Positions 21,829 to 36,387 of a DNA stretch of 64,000 bases are shown piece by piece. Origin of the DNA: Nageia nagi (taxonomy: Eukaryota > Plantae > Pinophyta); the NCBI GenBank assembly GCA_050084985.1, contig JBITNC010000001.1, forward strand, positions 205,468,001 to 205,532,000. The letters are read 5' to 3'. The stretch's first letter is position 1. The number at the start of each line of letters is the position of its first letter. Under the pieces are notes generated by a model that was not told where the DNA came from, ran no database searches, and worked only from the letters and a program-made list of their open reading frames with translations. The translations under genes were made by a program, and so were the position numbers.

Positions 21829-22419
21829 CTGGAAAACCATCCAATAATTTAGAAAATATGTTTTGAAAGTATATATGCATAAAAAAATATAGAATCTCAG
21901 ATTGGCTGTGAAACAATACTCCTAGAAGCCTCTAGTAATAAGTGTTCTTAAAATCATTCATGATCATGCCAATCTTAGCCCAGAGAAAAACAAATTTATG
22001 AATCAGCTTATGATCTTCTATCCTAATATAGTTGACATAAGAGTGATTTTGGCTCCAGGTGTACTCCGAACACATGAAGAATATAATCAAAATAATTTTG
22101 AAGTAAACAAACTAAGCAACATACCTAATAATTCTTCGAAAGTTTTGTACATCCATGGGATTACTTTGTATATTCATTTTGACTGCACTAAAGGGTCAAA
22201 ACAGCCTCACATGCACCTTTCAGTATGTATTTGTTCAATGTCATGTTCTTTGAAAGTAGACATCAAAATCTGAAGTTCAAACTACAATTATATATTTAAG
22301 TTCCTTTCATCCACAGCATTGAAATGTTTATGTATGTTTAACTTCTATAATCTATCATTAGTGTACTTCTTACTCTTTTAAGTAAGTAAACATTGGTACG
22401 AATAGCAAGCAAACAATAG

Positions 22420-23030
22420 TGTAAGTCCATGAAAATGTACTGAAGGCAGACTTGGAGATCAACACACTTGTAGAGAAAGCATCATGAACAAGATATTGAC
22501 AGCAGTCAAAGAGAAATTTCAGAAGTAGATATAGCATCTGTATTTAATCCTCCAGGTCAGTTATGACCATGATACATTTCAACCAGGTCTTGGTAAATCC
22601 CCTTACTCCAATCTCAAGGCCTCTAGTTCTGCTTCCTCTGGAAATTTGAGAATAAGCTTCATGCTGCTTTGTTGTTACATACGCATTTAGTTGTGTCAGT
22701 TCCCTTCTCGGACAAGTCCTATCTCCAAGCCCATACTTTTGATTACCATTGTAGGTGATGAAACAGAGGTTTAATTATCAACAGTGAAAAGGGGCAACTT
22801 GTTCTTATTAGCAGCAATAACAATATTCCTTTCTCTCCTTCCTATTTTCTTCTATCTCTTTTTGGCCTGCTTCTCAGGCCATCACTTTGTATTTACCTTT
22901 ATTTCTTTCCTTTTTGTTGGGTGCTTTTGCCCTCCCATTTCTTGATGTCTTTTTCACAGTCCGTTGAGCCCCCTTTGGCCCACCGTGGACATTAATAATA
23001 TTTCATTTCATTTCTAGACATACTACCACA
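22420..23030. mobile_element. Candidate 611-bp solo LTR in the AAF intron
   Basis: TGTAAG...CCACA termini flanked by ATAG on both sides (22416-22419, 23031-23034). Confidence 0.4.
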
Positions 23031-25634
23031 ATAGCAATTTGGTGCCATGATCCATAAGAAAATACAAAATAAGATTGAGCCATTTACTTGTGCCAAAATC
23101 AAGCATATTTGAGGTGACCAAAAATCCGAGGCACTGCTTAATTGGCAATTTTACTGAGGAGCTAACAACAGCAGGGATGACAAATAATGAATAAAACCAC
23201 TCCCTGGAAAATGGAAAGATTGGGAAACAGTTTGGTTGTACAAACTTATCACATATTTTCAAAAGGCTAGAGGGAGTGAACAGAGGAATACAAGAAATGG
23301 TACACCGATAAACAAACTAGTAAACTAGTCAATATAAAACAGTAAAAAAACAAATCTTCTGAGGGCCGTATACAAAAATGGAAAGAATAGAACAAAGGTT
23401 GTATAAACCACTCATAATACATGTTAATAGCAATCTTTATGCAAGTACCAAGAAAACAAGCAAACCCTCAAGGTTTTGCCTACTTGCAGCTGTGACAAGA
23501 CATGAAAGCAAGCAATTGACAAATAACAGCATAATGTTTTGCTGAAGAAAATGAGGAAGACAGCCCAAGCATTGAGCTAATAAATTAAATGTTTGGTATG
23601 CTGATGCAACACAAAAATACTAGGGTTGATGCATTGGACAGATCACATTGATGAAACGCAGAATAAGAGTGCCCAATAAATTATTGTATGATTTTCTACA
23701 TTAAAGGCCATGACCTTGGCCATTCAACTAGAGAATAATCCTACGGAAGAACCTCAAGTTCTAAATCCAATAGTAGTAGATATAAGTCTCTAAAGAACAG
23801 AAAAAAGTGATAAAATCACATTTTGAATAAGTATTAAATATCAGAATACAACGTAATAATTATGCTATGAACCTCACTCTAGTAGTATTTGTTAATATTA
23901 GCTTGGGTACATATGTTTTGTAAGTCGCCCATATGCTATATTAGAATAACTCTAGTAGTACTAATTAGCAATGTATACAAATTCAGGTTTAGGGCAAAAA
24001 CAGCTCCTGGCCAAATTAAAAAAATGGAAAAAAAATGCGGAAAAATACGAAGAGGAATACAGGGAGGGGAAAAATGTGAATAAATGACAAATACATGTTT
24101 ATTCAGAGAATTTGTAAACTATGCTAGTTAGTATCTAAGTTACTACATTTGTGTAATATCCCTTTCTAGATGATAGCAAGTTGTGGATCCTAGTCACATA
24201 TTTTTGTCGAGCAGCTGTGGCGAGTGGATGCTAGTGTATAGGAGGAATAAGTACGAGCAACCATAGCCATTTGTTTTGTATTGCTTTCTGGTGAATAAGA
24301 GGAAAATTCCTATATTTGAAGAATCTTCCTAATCTTTAGGAGGTTCAATTGAATTTTGCAGGGCCCTAGAGGTGTTATATGCTACCTTGGCTTTCGTTTG
24401 GTATAATCCATAATCATATCAGAGATTTTAATGGGAGATTATGGTTAAATAAAGGCTCTATGAAGGCTAATCCTACTTTCAAGGCTACATTTAAGGATGG
24501 ACACTTTGGATTAGGTCATGTATATAGTCAGTGGATTCAGCTTCAAATCTTCCGATTTTAGTTTTTGACACTCTAGGTATCCAAGATGTTAATGTAAGTT
24601 ACGATATGACCTTTGAGAAAAGATCTAGTATTTCTATTACGGAATTTAATTCAATTTCATGTCATTATAGATACATTAGAATTTTGACTTACAACCCAAG
24701 AAAAGAATCTAACATCTAATGTTGTAACACTTGATATTAAAAGGTATAAATTCTAATACATTAGCTAATTTCTAAAGAGTGGAGTTGAAAAGAGATTATT
24801 TTGAAAAATCCTTTCTATTCTTCTTGGAGTGGTTGTGTAATAGCATAAGCTAGTAGACTTGAGGACGAAAACCTTCAAATCTCAAAAGCAAAGGACAAAA
24901 CTTGTGTATTTATAGCAAGGGAAACCCTAAGACCCCATTTACAAAAAGTTGTACAATAAATGCATTTAGGCCAACTAGCAATTATAAATGTGCTTAAGGG
25001 AGGTATAAATAGTCAGCTACTAATCTAATGTCAAAAACATTAAAAATAATGTTAACTTCGATGTCTACGTTACCCAAGATCCCTTAACCTAACAATAATA
25101 AGAAATGTTCGGTATGGTTAGAATGTAGTGGTAATATAGCATGTAATTTGTTGGTTCAACCATGATCCTTAGACCTTAATTTGAGCAAAAGGTTGATATG
25201 CGAACATATGTTATCCTAGAGCAAAGGAAGAGAAAATAGTGGACCATAATAGAATGAGTCCAAAGGTGATTCATCTTGTGTATACATTATAATGGGTCGA
25301 ACAACAAGCAAACAATCAAAGCCTTTGGTAGTTCTATAAACTTCATTGACATTTGAACCAAAATTGTTGACAGGTGTCCAACACTCTAGGTAGACCAACC
25401 AAACTCATGGGTCTACCATTAGTCATCCATTAGTGCTATGATTTATCATTCCTCAATCAATGTCATTGTCGTTAAGCCATCAAATAATATTTTGTTGACC
25501 AAAGTTGTTGGTTGCTGAATGAGAAATCACCCATTCATTGACCAAAATTGTTGGTTGACCATTGGTCAATCATGGTGATTGACAATCAACCTTCTATTGT
25601 TCAACATCATCGATGTAGAATTAGTCCATGGCTA

Positions 25635-27650
25635 GATTGATGGTCGATCATTCATCATTGATGTTATGGGTTGATCGTTCATCAACAATATTGTTGGACT
25701 ATCATTAGTTGGCCATTAGGTTGATGAATCTCGATTTGTCAACCAAAGTCATTAGTTGGTCATCATGATGACAATGAACAATTCATCTACCAACATCATC
25801 GATCAATTGTTAAGGCTTTAGGCCATCAAATGATCATTCATGATCTAAAGACATTGGATAATCATGGTCATGGGGGTTGAAAATGAACTATTCATCGACG
25901 ATGTTGTTGGCTGATCATTAGTCCATCATTGGGCCAGCAAACAATTAATTTGTTGATCATTGGGCTGCCAGACAACCATTCATCGACCACTAGGTCGTTG
26001 GTCAATTGAAGTCATTGGTCATCTATTTCTTAAGTCATTGAATGACTATTATCAACCATGGGGATCGATAACCAACTGTTCATCAACCATTGCTCAACCA
26101 TAAGCCCCATAAGTTGATTGTGGAGTGGCCATTAATGCAATAAGCCAACAATGTAATGCCTATATGTGTCATGGTTGGTGGTAGTTTCGTGATTGATCAA
26201 CAAGGATGTTGACTATTTATGGTTACAACCATAGAGACTATTAACAATCCCTTCAAATTGCTGATCGTCTAGTCAACGTAAGTAGGACTTTTCAACTATA
26301 TTAGAACAATACCCTAAGCAATTTAAACTAATTACCAAACACAATTGAGGTGTGAGGTGTTTTCTACAAGTAAAAGATTCATTGTGCGAAAAATATATTT
26401 AGAATGAATCTCTCACCCTGAAGTTGATTAATTAAGTCAACAATGTGAGGAAAAGGATATTGATTCTCAATGGTAATTTTGTTAAGTGTTTTAAATTAAT
26501 ATGAAAATGCCAAGATCCATCATTCTTAACAAAAAGATGAAAGATGCCAAAAAACAAACATGGCAGGATTGATAAATCCTTTGGAGAGTATATCAAGAAT
26601 ATTATGGTTGGTTTCTTCATTCTTGGTCATTAAACTATGATACAATTGGGAATTAGTAAAAGAATGGCAGGAAATTCGAGGAGTGTACTATTCAAATACT
26701 GATATAATAATGTTCATACTATGCATGTAATTTAAACAAGTACATGTTTAATAGACCATGCACTAGCATGCATGATAACCAATGCGCATAACCTCACAAC
26801 TATTGTTGCTTGGTTTGTGGTAGCTAAAGCTGACTGTGTTTCGATGAATAAAAATTATATAAAATTATAAATTGGTAAGTCGAAGTCTTGATGATTATGA
26901 TGGTCAATCATTCATCTTGATGTTATGGGTTGAACATTCATCAACAACATTATTGGACTATCATTGGTTGGCAATTAAGTTGATACATCTCCATTCATTA
27001 ACCAAAGTCGTTAGTTGGTCATGAGGCTGATGGTGAAAAGTTCATCAACCAACATCATTGGTCAACCATTAAGGCATTAGGCCATCAGACAATCGTTCAT
27101 GATCCAAAGATGTTGGATAATCGTGGTCTGGGGACCAATAATGGACTATTCATTGACAATGTTGTTAGCTGATCATTAGTCCATCATTGGACCATCAAAC
27201 AATTAGTTTGTTGATCATTGGGCTGCCAGACAATCATTCATCGACCACTAGGCTGTTGGTCAATTGGTTAGCTATTTATTATGTCATTGAATGACTATTG
27301 TCAACCATGGGAATTGGTAATTGATTGTTCATTAACCATTGCTCTAAAATAGGCCCCATTGGTTGATTGTGGAGTGACCACTGATGCAATAAGACAACAG
27401 TGTAATGTCTATATGTGTCATGGTTGGTGGTAGTTTGGTGACTAATCAACAAGGTTGTTGAATATTTACGGTTACAGCCATAGAGACTGTTAACAATCCA
27501 TTCAAATTGGTGACCGTCAAGTCAACATCAAGTAAGACTTTTCAACTATATTAGAACAATACCCTAAGCAGTTTAAGCTTATTACCAAACACAATTGAGG
27601 TATGAGGTGTTTTCTGCAAGGAAAAGATTCAATGTGCATAAAAGAGATTT
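25635..27650. repeat. Two diverged ~760-bp direct repeats (25635-26400 and 26890-27650) built from a decayed short repeat
   Basis: Colinear throughout; for example TTTCAACTATATTAGAACAATACCCTAAGCA occurs at ~26290 and ~27540. Spacer of about 490 bp. Confidence 0.85.
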
Positions 27651-28897
27651 TGTAATAGGGTCTTTAGGTGTTTTCTATTGGGACTACATAATACATGACA
27701 ACATCCATCGATAAGTACATAACACTGCTGCCCCTATCAACATATGGCTATAAAAGACAACATAGATAGGAAGGAAGACTCAGCTCTAGAGGAGGAAGGA
27801 AAGATGCACCTGCTAGTGTCAATAAGGTAGTCCTCTTAGAGTGGGAAGAAGCAGGTATCTAGATTCATATGACAGTACCATTTGCTTTGGGCAATCTGTA
27901 CTTATATGCTTGAAAAACAGTTCAGCATTCATTTTTTGAGAATATCTTGTACATGATATTCTACCGTAATCAATAGTCAATGCTCAAGTGAAGATCTATT
28001 CTAATCATAGGAGTCAAATTCTTTGTGTCTAGAAAGTACTCACTGGTGATCTTGCCAAGTTGATCAAAATGAGTACTCACATTCATCTCGTACGTTTTTA
28101 AGGTTGATCAAGTTTTTGTTAGTTAGTTGATTCCATAATTTTTGCCAATTTTTTTAGTGAATCATGAGTTAACTTTTGCCTAGTTATTTAAAAAAATCAA
28201 TATTCTTTGCTGAGCTAAAAGCTTGCCTAGTCCGAGTTTAGCTATTATGATTGTAATCAAGCTACAATAGTCAGAGCAGACCTAGCATGTTGTACAAATC
28301 AAAAACCACAACGTGCAACTTGTCCAGCAATAAAATTGAGAAGTAGTAAGATTGAAATAAGAAATTTACTTTTGAGTAAGTGATCAATTAGATAAAAACA
28401 AAAGTAAAATATGAATGTTTGAGTGAAAAACCAATCTGATAAAATGAAAAGCATTAGCATATGATTGTAAAGTTAGAAGAAATGTGTGCATGCAAATGGT
28501 GTTTGGGAAGGTGATATACTAAAAAAAAATAGTTGTTGAAGAATCACAACTATAAATAAAGCCAAATTTCCAATGTTTAAAAACACAGAAGATCCATCTT
28601 ATCCAACTCTATGGACCAACAACTACCAAAAAACTCAGAATACAATTTGGGTGCACTTTTGCAGTGTCATCCTCCAAAAAGAGACCAACATCAGTAATTC
28701 AAGCCCATATTAAAACCATAGAACAGTATAGGAACATGTGATACATGCGAGTCAAAGAACTAGCTCTTTATACTGAAAAACTTACAGTAAACAACTGTTT
28801 TCTTCTGCACTAGCCAGTATTGCATTATGAATATCTACTCAATGATCAATAAGTTGTCTTATCAATAACAAGATAAGCGAGCCCTTCTAACAATTAC

Positions 28898-29253
28898 CTT
28901 TTTGCCTCTGGATAGCATTCACAATGTAGGGTTGATGTATCTGATAAGATGTCTTCACAATTTGTAGGACACTCTTGGACTTCACTCCTTCGAGCACAAG
29001 AAATGTGATGCAAAAAGTGAAATTTTGCATCTCGGAAATTTTTTTGATTAGTCACTCCATGTCCTCGCCAATTTCCCATTGAGACTGACTCTTTTGTACT
29101 CGCAAACCACTGACCTTTGTATTTAAGCTGTGCAGATAACCATGTGCATTGTAATTTTTTTGAGACATTGTAACTTGCAGCATGGGAATTGCCCTTGTTA
29201 AGAAGCCCAGTTTCCAAGGGTCTATTGAGAATCTTGTATGGTGGCAAAGCCAT
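28898..29253 (-). CDS. AAF: First coding exon of an AAF/SPA15-like senescence-associated chloroplast protein (MALPPYK...EAKR), transit-peptide-like
   Basis: ATG at 29253. The AG|GTAATT donor is phase 2 and joins correctly to the exon at 21828 over a 7069-bp intron. An upstream acceptor TTTCAG at 29385 gives a UTR part 29254-29384. Confidence 0.75.
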
Positions 29254-30089
29254 TTCCAATGCAATCTCTAGAAGCAGAAGAGCAGTCACAAAAAGAGATT
29301 ATTCACAAAAGGATGTTAAAGCCAGGTCTACTGGAATATGGATAGTCGTTAGGCCATCTTTTCTTGGATTATGTAGCATCATTCCTGAAATGAAGGGAAA
29401 GAGCATTTAACAATATTTAGATAATTTTATTTTCAAAAAAATATCAGTCAAGATTTTATACCTGCATGTTCAGAAAAATTATCCACATATGCATTTACTT
29501 CCAAATCCAAACCTTATGTTAGGTGAAGGTCTGCCTGGATGAAATAAAATCTCCCAAAATTAATAAAAAAAAATCAATTATTCCATAATCAATATAAAGA
29601 AAAGGTAGAGACCAAGGAAGATGCATTATACTTGAGCTCTAGGAAAAAGATCTAGACATAAACTAGATATTTGAATGGGGTCTAACCCAAATTTAATCAA
29701 GCAACAAGTGGTTTTTGCTTGTAAACAACTCTATTTGATTTGTGGTAACATCGTCTTTTTGTTGATATGGATAGATTTTGAAAAACAAAAATCATAATAC
29801 AACCGATGTGTTATTGCAATCACAATGCAAGATTGTCAATGTTTATTGTTTATTGACTATGCTGGATGCATAAGGGTCACTCATAGAGGTCTAATGATTA
29901 GTATACATAAAATATGTCCTAAAAGTTACATGACAAATACTAATCACCTGCTCATATGAATTGCATTTCAAGTCTAGGTCACTACTTGTGTTCCAAAAGT
30001 CTCAAGAGTATTTATTAGATTTCCTTCCATATTTAAAGTAGCTGGGTGATCTAAAGAATAGGGTTTAGTTTAATATCTTAGTATGATTA

Positions 30090-30729
30090 TGTGGAAGCCC
30101 TGTCAGCATTGTGAGCACTAGTAAATGCAATCCTATGAACTTCCTATGACCTTTGGGATTCCTCCCACACACAAATCCAAAAATAGATAAACTCTAAATA
30201 TTTTATCACATCTACATATAACTTCAAAAATTAATAATAATACAATCAACCTTAATCTCTCTAAGGATTAGGTTTCCAACATTCCCCCCTTTAATCCGAA
30301 AGGGATGAAGAAAGGAATGAAAACAAAAAGATATGCCCAAAGGTGTGTAGAACATTCTCCTCCAAAACAAAATGCAATCTCCTCACAAATAAACACCTCA
30401 AGGATTAAACCCACATTCCCCCTTAATCCTAAAGAAAACAGCGTACCAAAACTAATCATGATAAATTATGTAGTCCTCATAAACTTTGTTATTGCAATGT
30501 GCAATCATACTATGAGCTGATTCAAGAACTTTGTCCCCATAAGCCATCTTGTTTTTGTCTTCATAATGATCCCTCTTCTATTTCATCTTTTACAATGGAA
30601 CCCAACAATTTTTGGCATCATATAACTTTTGCTCACAACGATCACAAAATGGTGTAATTCTCTCTCCTTGATTTTGTGTGCACCCCTTGCTTTGTAGATA
30701 TTCTTTCCTTTTCCCTTTGACCTACCTTT
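30090..30729 (-). mobile_element. Remnant of a short-LTR element (copia-type PPT): 192-bp LTR 30090-30281, PPT, decayed zinc-knuckle region
   Basis: TGTGGAA...TTCCAACA followed by TTCCCCCCTT (reverse-strand PPT). A CDRC...NCW remnant on the minus strand near 30600-30650. Second LTR not found. Confidence 0.5.
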
Positions 30730-32102
30730 TGTTGTGCCAACACAACAACCCCTAAAAAATTTGCATTTTCGAGGACCCTCACAAATTAGAGCATTAAGAC
30801 ATGGAAGAAATTTTTCAAGGAAATGCATGCATCGTAGATCAGCAAGAAGAAACATGACAAGATTTGCACTTTCATGATGAAAACAAGTTGAAAAAGTGTC
30901 ATTGTGCCTATGGCGCATGTTTTGAGGGACACGCTTTTGCATGCACCCTAAATCGTGCGCCCTCCTTCATGTTGCATATTTCGAACTTAGTCTTGCATTT
31001 TCAGTTTTAAAACTGCATTTTTTCATGTCCATCATACTGTAAAAGATTGCATCCCCTCCATTGCATTCTCTTTCGAGGGTCATTCTAGTCATTTTGAAGG
31101 AAAATTTGCATTATGTCCCTGAGCGCATGTTTTAAGGGACATGCTTTTTGCATGTCCCCAAAACGATGCGACCAAGATCAATGAAGCAGTCTCTATACTT
31201 AAGACAATTTTCAAGTTGTGCGAAAAAGGAAAAGAGTGCATGCTTTGAGGTACATGCTTTTGCACATCCCCTAAACGGTGCGCCCAGGCTAAAGAGAAGT
31301 CTCGGTACTTGGTCATTTTTTTGGAGAAAATCATGAGGAAGGCCGAGCCCATGTTTTGAGGTACATGCTTTTGCATTGAAAGGTGTGCCACAAGCTAGGT
31401 GCATGTTTTTCAAGGTATGCTTGAGCACCCATGCAAAAACTTGCGCCAACTCTTAACGTACTAGCCCAAGAATAATTTCACCAAGTGTAAGATCCAAAAA
31501 AACAAGGGCCTAGGCACATGCTTCCAAGTACATGCTTTTGCACCCATCTCAAAAGGTGCGACCGAATTGCAAAGGCTTCTAAAGGTGATGGAAAGACATG
31601 CTTTTGCAAGTCCTCTAATCGATGCACCCATTATCCCAGCTCCATCATTTGACCCCATTTCAGCCCAATCATAAGGTGACATGTGGCAAGTTGAAAAGTA
31701 TATATATCAAGTCACCCCTTATCATTCAACCACTTCATTTCTGATCAAGTCCTCCAGTTGCACCATTTCTAGAACATGCTTAAGCACTCATCTCAATCGG
31801 TGCACCCAAGAGAAATAAGGATTTGAGAGTCATTTGGACTACCAGTAGCCATTTTTGAAGAGGGTGAACTGGACCTCAAGGTCCATTTTTTGTAATTCAC
31901 TTTGCATCGTTTTGACTTAGTTTACCCTAAACTGACCTATGCGCATGCTATCTTACTAGTGGTTTAAGGACTCATCCGAAATGGTGCACCCAAGTCCAAA
32001 CTCAAGAAATTGGCTAAGTATACATCATTGTTCGGTGCATTTCATTCTCCCTTCAGTTTTCCATAAGAGTTCTAGGCGCATGTTTTGAGGAACATGAAAA
32101 AG
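30730..32102 (+). mobile_element. Element F1: 5' part of a giant LTR-type unit, truncated at E
   Basis: Starts TGTTGTGCCAACAC like B and F2. 31640-31820 is colinear with 35730-35920. Array of GCGCATG...GTGCGCC units. Confidence 0.7.
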
Positions 32103-35100
32103 TGTTAGGAAGGAAATCTTTCCTCTTACTCGACGATCGCCTGAACGATTAAGACGGGAAAGCGACCCAACATTTAGGTGAGAACACGTTACTGAACTCC
32201 TCTTATAAGGACTGATACCCCAAGTTTTCTATCAAAAAGCCCGTGTCATTAATACGAGCTTTAAATGACGTAGGTCTTGTTTGGGAATCAGCTAGTGGTG
32301 TAGTAGAGGTAGTAACTGTTAACACACTTTTTTTTTGTGGGGACTGAGGTGTCTTATCTTACTATAGTTCTAAAGTTGCTATAGGTTTAAAGAAAGTGTA
32401 AAATAAAGAAAAGAAAAATGAGAATCAGGCTGGATACTGGCTAGATTTCAAAGAGGTAGTCACAATGCAGCATTGTCTAAACTTTCTTTCTCTCGGATCG
32501 GTTAAGAAATCTTGTTCAACTCAATCAAGTCTTTGAAAAGAATGACTATTGTCCAATCATTCCAAAGATGAGCAAAAAGCAAAATTGATTATCGGTACTT
32601 TGCAAGCAAGACCGATGCAATCAAATGGACTAAGCATGAGTGAAGGTGAATAGTTTTGAACAAGAAGTCTAGGAAGATGTCTTAAGAGAAAGTCGGTTCA
32701 AAATACTAAACATTTAACAAGCAAGTAATGGATTAGCAACAATTCAAGACAATTCAAACATTTTGGAAAAGTTTCCAATAAATTCTCCTAAAACTTGAAA
32801 GTTTTCAAAGAGAAGGCACGAAATTATTCGAATTACAGAAATTGTTCTTAAAGGATCAATCCACCACTCCAATAGATGAAAACATACTTTGAATCAACAT
32901 GTAGCCACTTGTATTATGATTGCAAAAGAGTTATGCATGAGTACATTAATTTGCCCCTCAATTACAAAAAATTTCAATTTTCATGAAAATTGGCCTTTTT
33001 TTTTGACATGAACATTTTAATCAAAAAAGTGACCCCCTATGGTATATTTATAGACTTTTTAGGTCAAATTTGAGTGTGTTGCCCTAATTCTTAAAAAAGC
33101 TTTAAAATGCTAATTTGAATGCTAAATTGAGATTACAATGTCATTTTAGTGGGAGAACAATACTTATCCCACTCAAATATGCTACAAATAAAATATTTAC
33201 AAAAATTGATGCCCTTTGGCATGAATTTCGAGGCATTTTGCATGAATTTGGCAAAATTTGGAGCTTCAAATCATCATTCCGGATCCTTCTGACAATCTTC
33301 TAAGCTCCTTCCTTCTTTGAATCTGGATTTTCCTATGATGTGATCATTATGAAAAACTTTCAAGGAATTCTAAGAGGATTTTTCAAAAAAGTGGATTTTT
33401 TGGTCTATTTTTTGAAAAAGATAGGGGGGTTCGAAATTTGGAAATTTTTAAAAAGTGGATTTGAACTCATGGATGGACGGATGGAAAGTAGGATTATAAG
33501 GTACTTGGCAAGTTTTGAGAGGATTTGGAGTTTTTTTAGGAGGTTTTGTGAAGGATTTGGGATTTTTGGCAAAATTTTCGATTTTCATGTCTATGGATTT
33601 TTTTGGTAGCAAAAAGTGAAAATTTCCATAGGAATGAAAAATGCCTCCTAGATTTTTGAGCACTTAAACTTGCTCAAATTGGAAAATTTCAAAGTTTAAT
33701 TGTGCTTGGAATATGCCCTTCCATGCTATGAAACCATAAATTCGATATTTGAGCAAAATTTGATATTCTTCCTCAAGGTAGGCGCTAGTTTTCACTTGTA
33801 TGGATTTCCACTGACATGAAAACCTGCAGCTGGCCTTTAGGTGCCTTAAATGTGCTCAAAATTGAAAATTTGAACGTTTAAATGTGTTTGGAATAGCCCT
33901 TATCATGCAAATATGCCAAAAAATTTGACTTTTGAGCAAATTTGCACTTATCCCTCCAACTTAGGCGCTGATTTTCACTCAATGGTATGAAAACTTGCGC
34001 CTAGCTTCTTGGGCCTTAAACTTGCTCAAATGACATTTTTGTAGACCAAATGTTTTAATGGCAATTTCCTCATGCAAGGAAGTGCTCAAACTTGAATTTG
34101 GACCAAATTTGTCAATTTTCCTCAATTAGGTGCTAGATTTCAGCCCTATCGATCTTCACTCGCCAAAACCTGCGCTAGATATTTGAGCCTTCAAAATTGC
34201 TCAAAAATGAAAATTTGAAAGCTTAAACCTTCTCAAAATGACCTCCTTTATGCAACTTATGTCTTCAAATTTGGTTTTGATCAAAATTATCATTTTCCTC
34301 AACTTTGGTGCTAGTTTTCACTCCATTGGAATTCATAGCATGAAAACAATGGCCTACCTTTTAGGAGGCTTAAATTGCTCAAATTCAAAATTTTGTAGAT
34401 CTAAACCTTCTTTAAATGGCCTTTTCCTGTCCAAGCCTTCAAACTTGATGTTGTGCTGCACAAACCCCCCAAAAATTTTCATTTGTGAGGGCCCTCAAAA
34501 TTAAAATTAGGAAATGCATAAAATTTGGTTCTAACTTCAAATAAATTTAAAACTTGCACTTTTGTGTCAAGTTCATGACATAATTGTGCATTTTTCAAGC
34601 TTGTCGCATGTTTTGGAGTGAGTCCTTGTGCACCCAACTCAAAACGGTGTCACAGCCCCTTGGCGTTTTCATCCTCATTCTTGCATTATCGTGTCTTAGC
34701 ATTGCATTTTGCTAGTCCCCATACTCAGAAATATGTCTCTCCCTCATTGCATTCCAAAATGTTGTTTTGATCAAAATGCAAGGAAATCATGTTTTTTACT
34801 TGTCGTTATGTTTTTAGGGGAGTCCTTTTGCATCTCACCCAAAATGTGGTGACCAAGTTAAAAAGCCACCCTTGATACTTAGCATTTTTTGGGGTCATTT
34901 TAAAGTATCGCAAATGCTTTTTAATGGCTGTCTTTTGACACTTTAACCTCAACACAATGACCAGGAAACCCATACTTAGCATTTTGGCGCAGCGAAATTT
35001 TGCATTACTATAGGATTCACTTATCATCAGGGCCATGAAAAGTTGCCACATGTTTTTGAGTAAGTCCTTTTGCACCCATCCAAAACCATGCGACCAAGGA

Positions 35101-36387
35101 GAAGTTTCTCATACTTAGTCATTTTTTTAGGTCACAAAGTTGTCGCATGTTTTCGGATGAGTCCTTTTTCACTTTACTAAATCCATGCGACCAAGAAGGA
35201 AAAGGACTTAGCCTTTTTTGGGCAACCATGGTTGTCGCATGCTTTTCAGCGAGTGCTTTTGGACCCTACTCAAAACATGCGACTAAATTCAAGAAGGGAA
35301 AATTGGCTAAGTGTTGGGTCCAGTTTGTTGACAAGTGGAAATTCATGCATTGGACCTTCTCCCGCTCCTATCATATGGCGACAACTGTCCTACCTGGAGG
35401 GCTATAAAAAGGAAGTCAGCCTCAGTATTTCAGTTTGCAAATTTGTCTGGATCATAGCATGGGACTAAGGGAGAAAAGCACCCTCTCTAAAACATGCAAC
35501 CTACATCAAACTTGCATTTTTCGAGATATTTCTGAATTTTTGGTCTTAGGAAGCGTGCTAGACCCCTAGGCACAAGGATTAAGATGCATGCTTTAGCACC
35601 CTCTCAAAACGGTACGACCAAGAATTGGACTTCAATGTCAACTTGGAAAATTGGCTAAGTACCTAAAGCTGGTTGCATGCTTTTCATCACATGCTTTTGG
35701 ACTCCTTAAAACCATGTGCCCTTATTTTTGCTCCATCATTTGACCCCTAGATTAACCAACCCAGAGGTGACACATGGCAGTCCAAAAATTTATAAATATC
35801 ACCTCACCCTTAGTCATTTTAATCACTTCATTTCAGGTTTGCCACCCTTTCCCCAGTCGCACCATTCCTAATACATGCTTGTGCACCCATCTCAAACAAT
35901 GCGCCAAGGAGAAATAGGGTGCTTTATGGGACGTTGTGCATCCAGTTAGCCTTTTTTCAAATAACGCATTTTAGTATAGACCCTAAATCTAGTCGCATGT
36001 TTTTCAAGTTGTGCTCAAGCAATCATCCAGATCCATGCACCCACAAGAAGAATTATGTTCGAAATTTTGACTAAGTGACCCTAGGCCGAGTCGCATGCTT
36101 TTCAAGCTGTGCTCAAGCATTCATCCAAAACCGTGCACCCAAGATCACAGGGTGAAACTGTTCAAGTGTGAGACGCCAGGAGTTGAGAGGAGAAGAAGAC
36201 AAGTGGCAAGCATGCACCCTGCCATGCATTCATCCTCCATGCATCTCATATAAAGGGGGAAGCAACTATCATTAGGGGTGTTGGACGTCCTACAGCCCAA
36301 ATCTACGCGTCTGACTCTGCCTTGCTGCATCTTTCACAACATTCAGAGCTGTCTCTAGGGTTTTCCTGCAGTATTCAGACATCTTGC

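Noticed and set aside
24152-24730. LTR-like start TGTAATATCCC
   Set aside because: No matching end, partner LTR or TSD found.
27651-27874. Possible small solo LTR (TGTAATAGGG...TATGACA, TATAAAA inside)
   Set aside because: The flanks GATTT and GTACC do not form a TSD.
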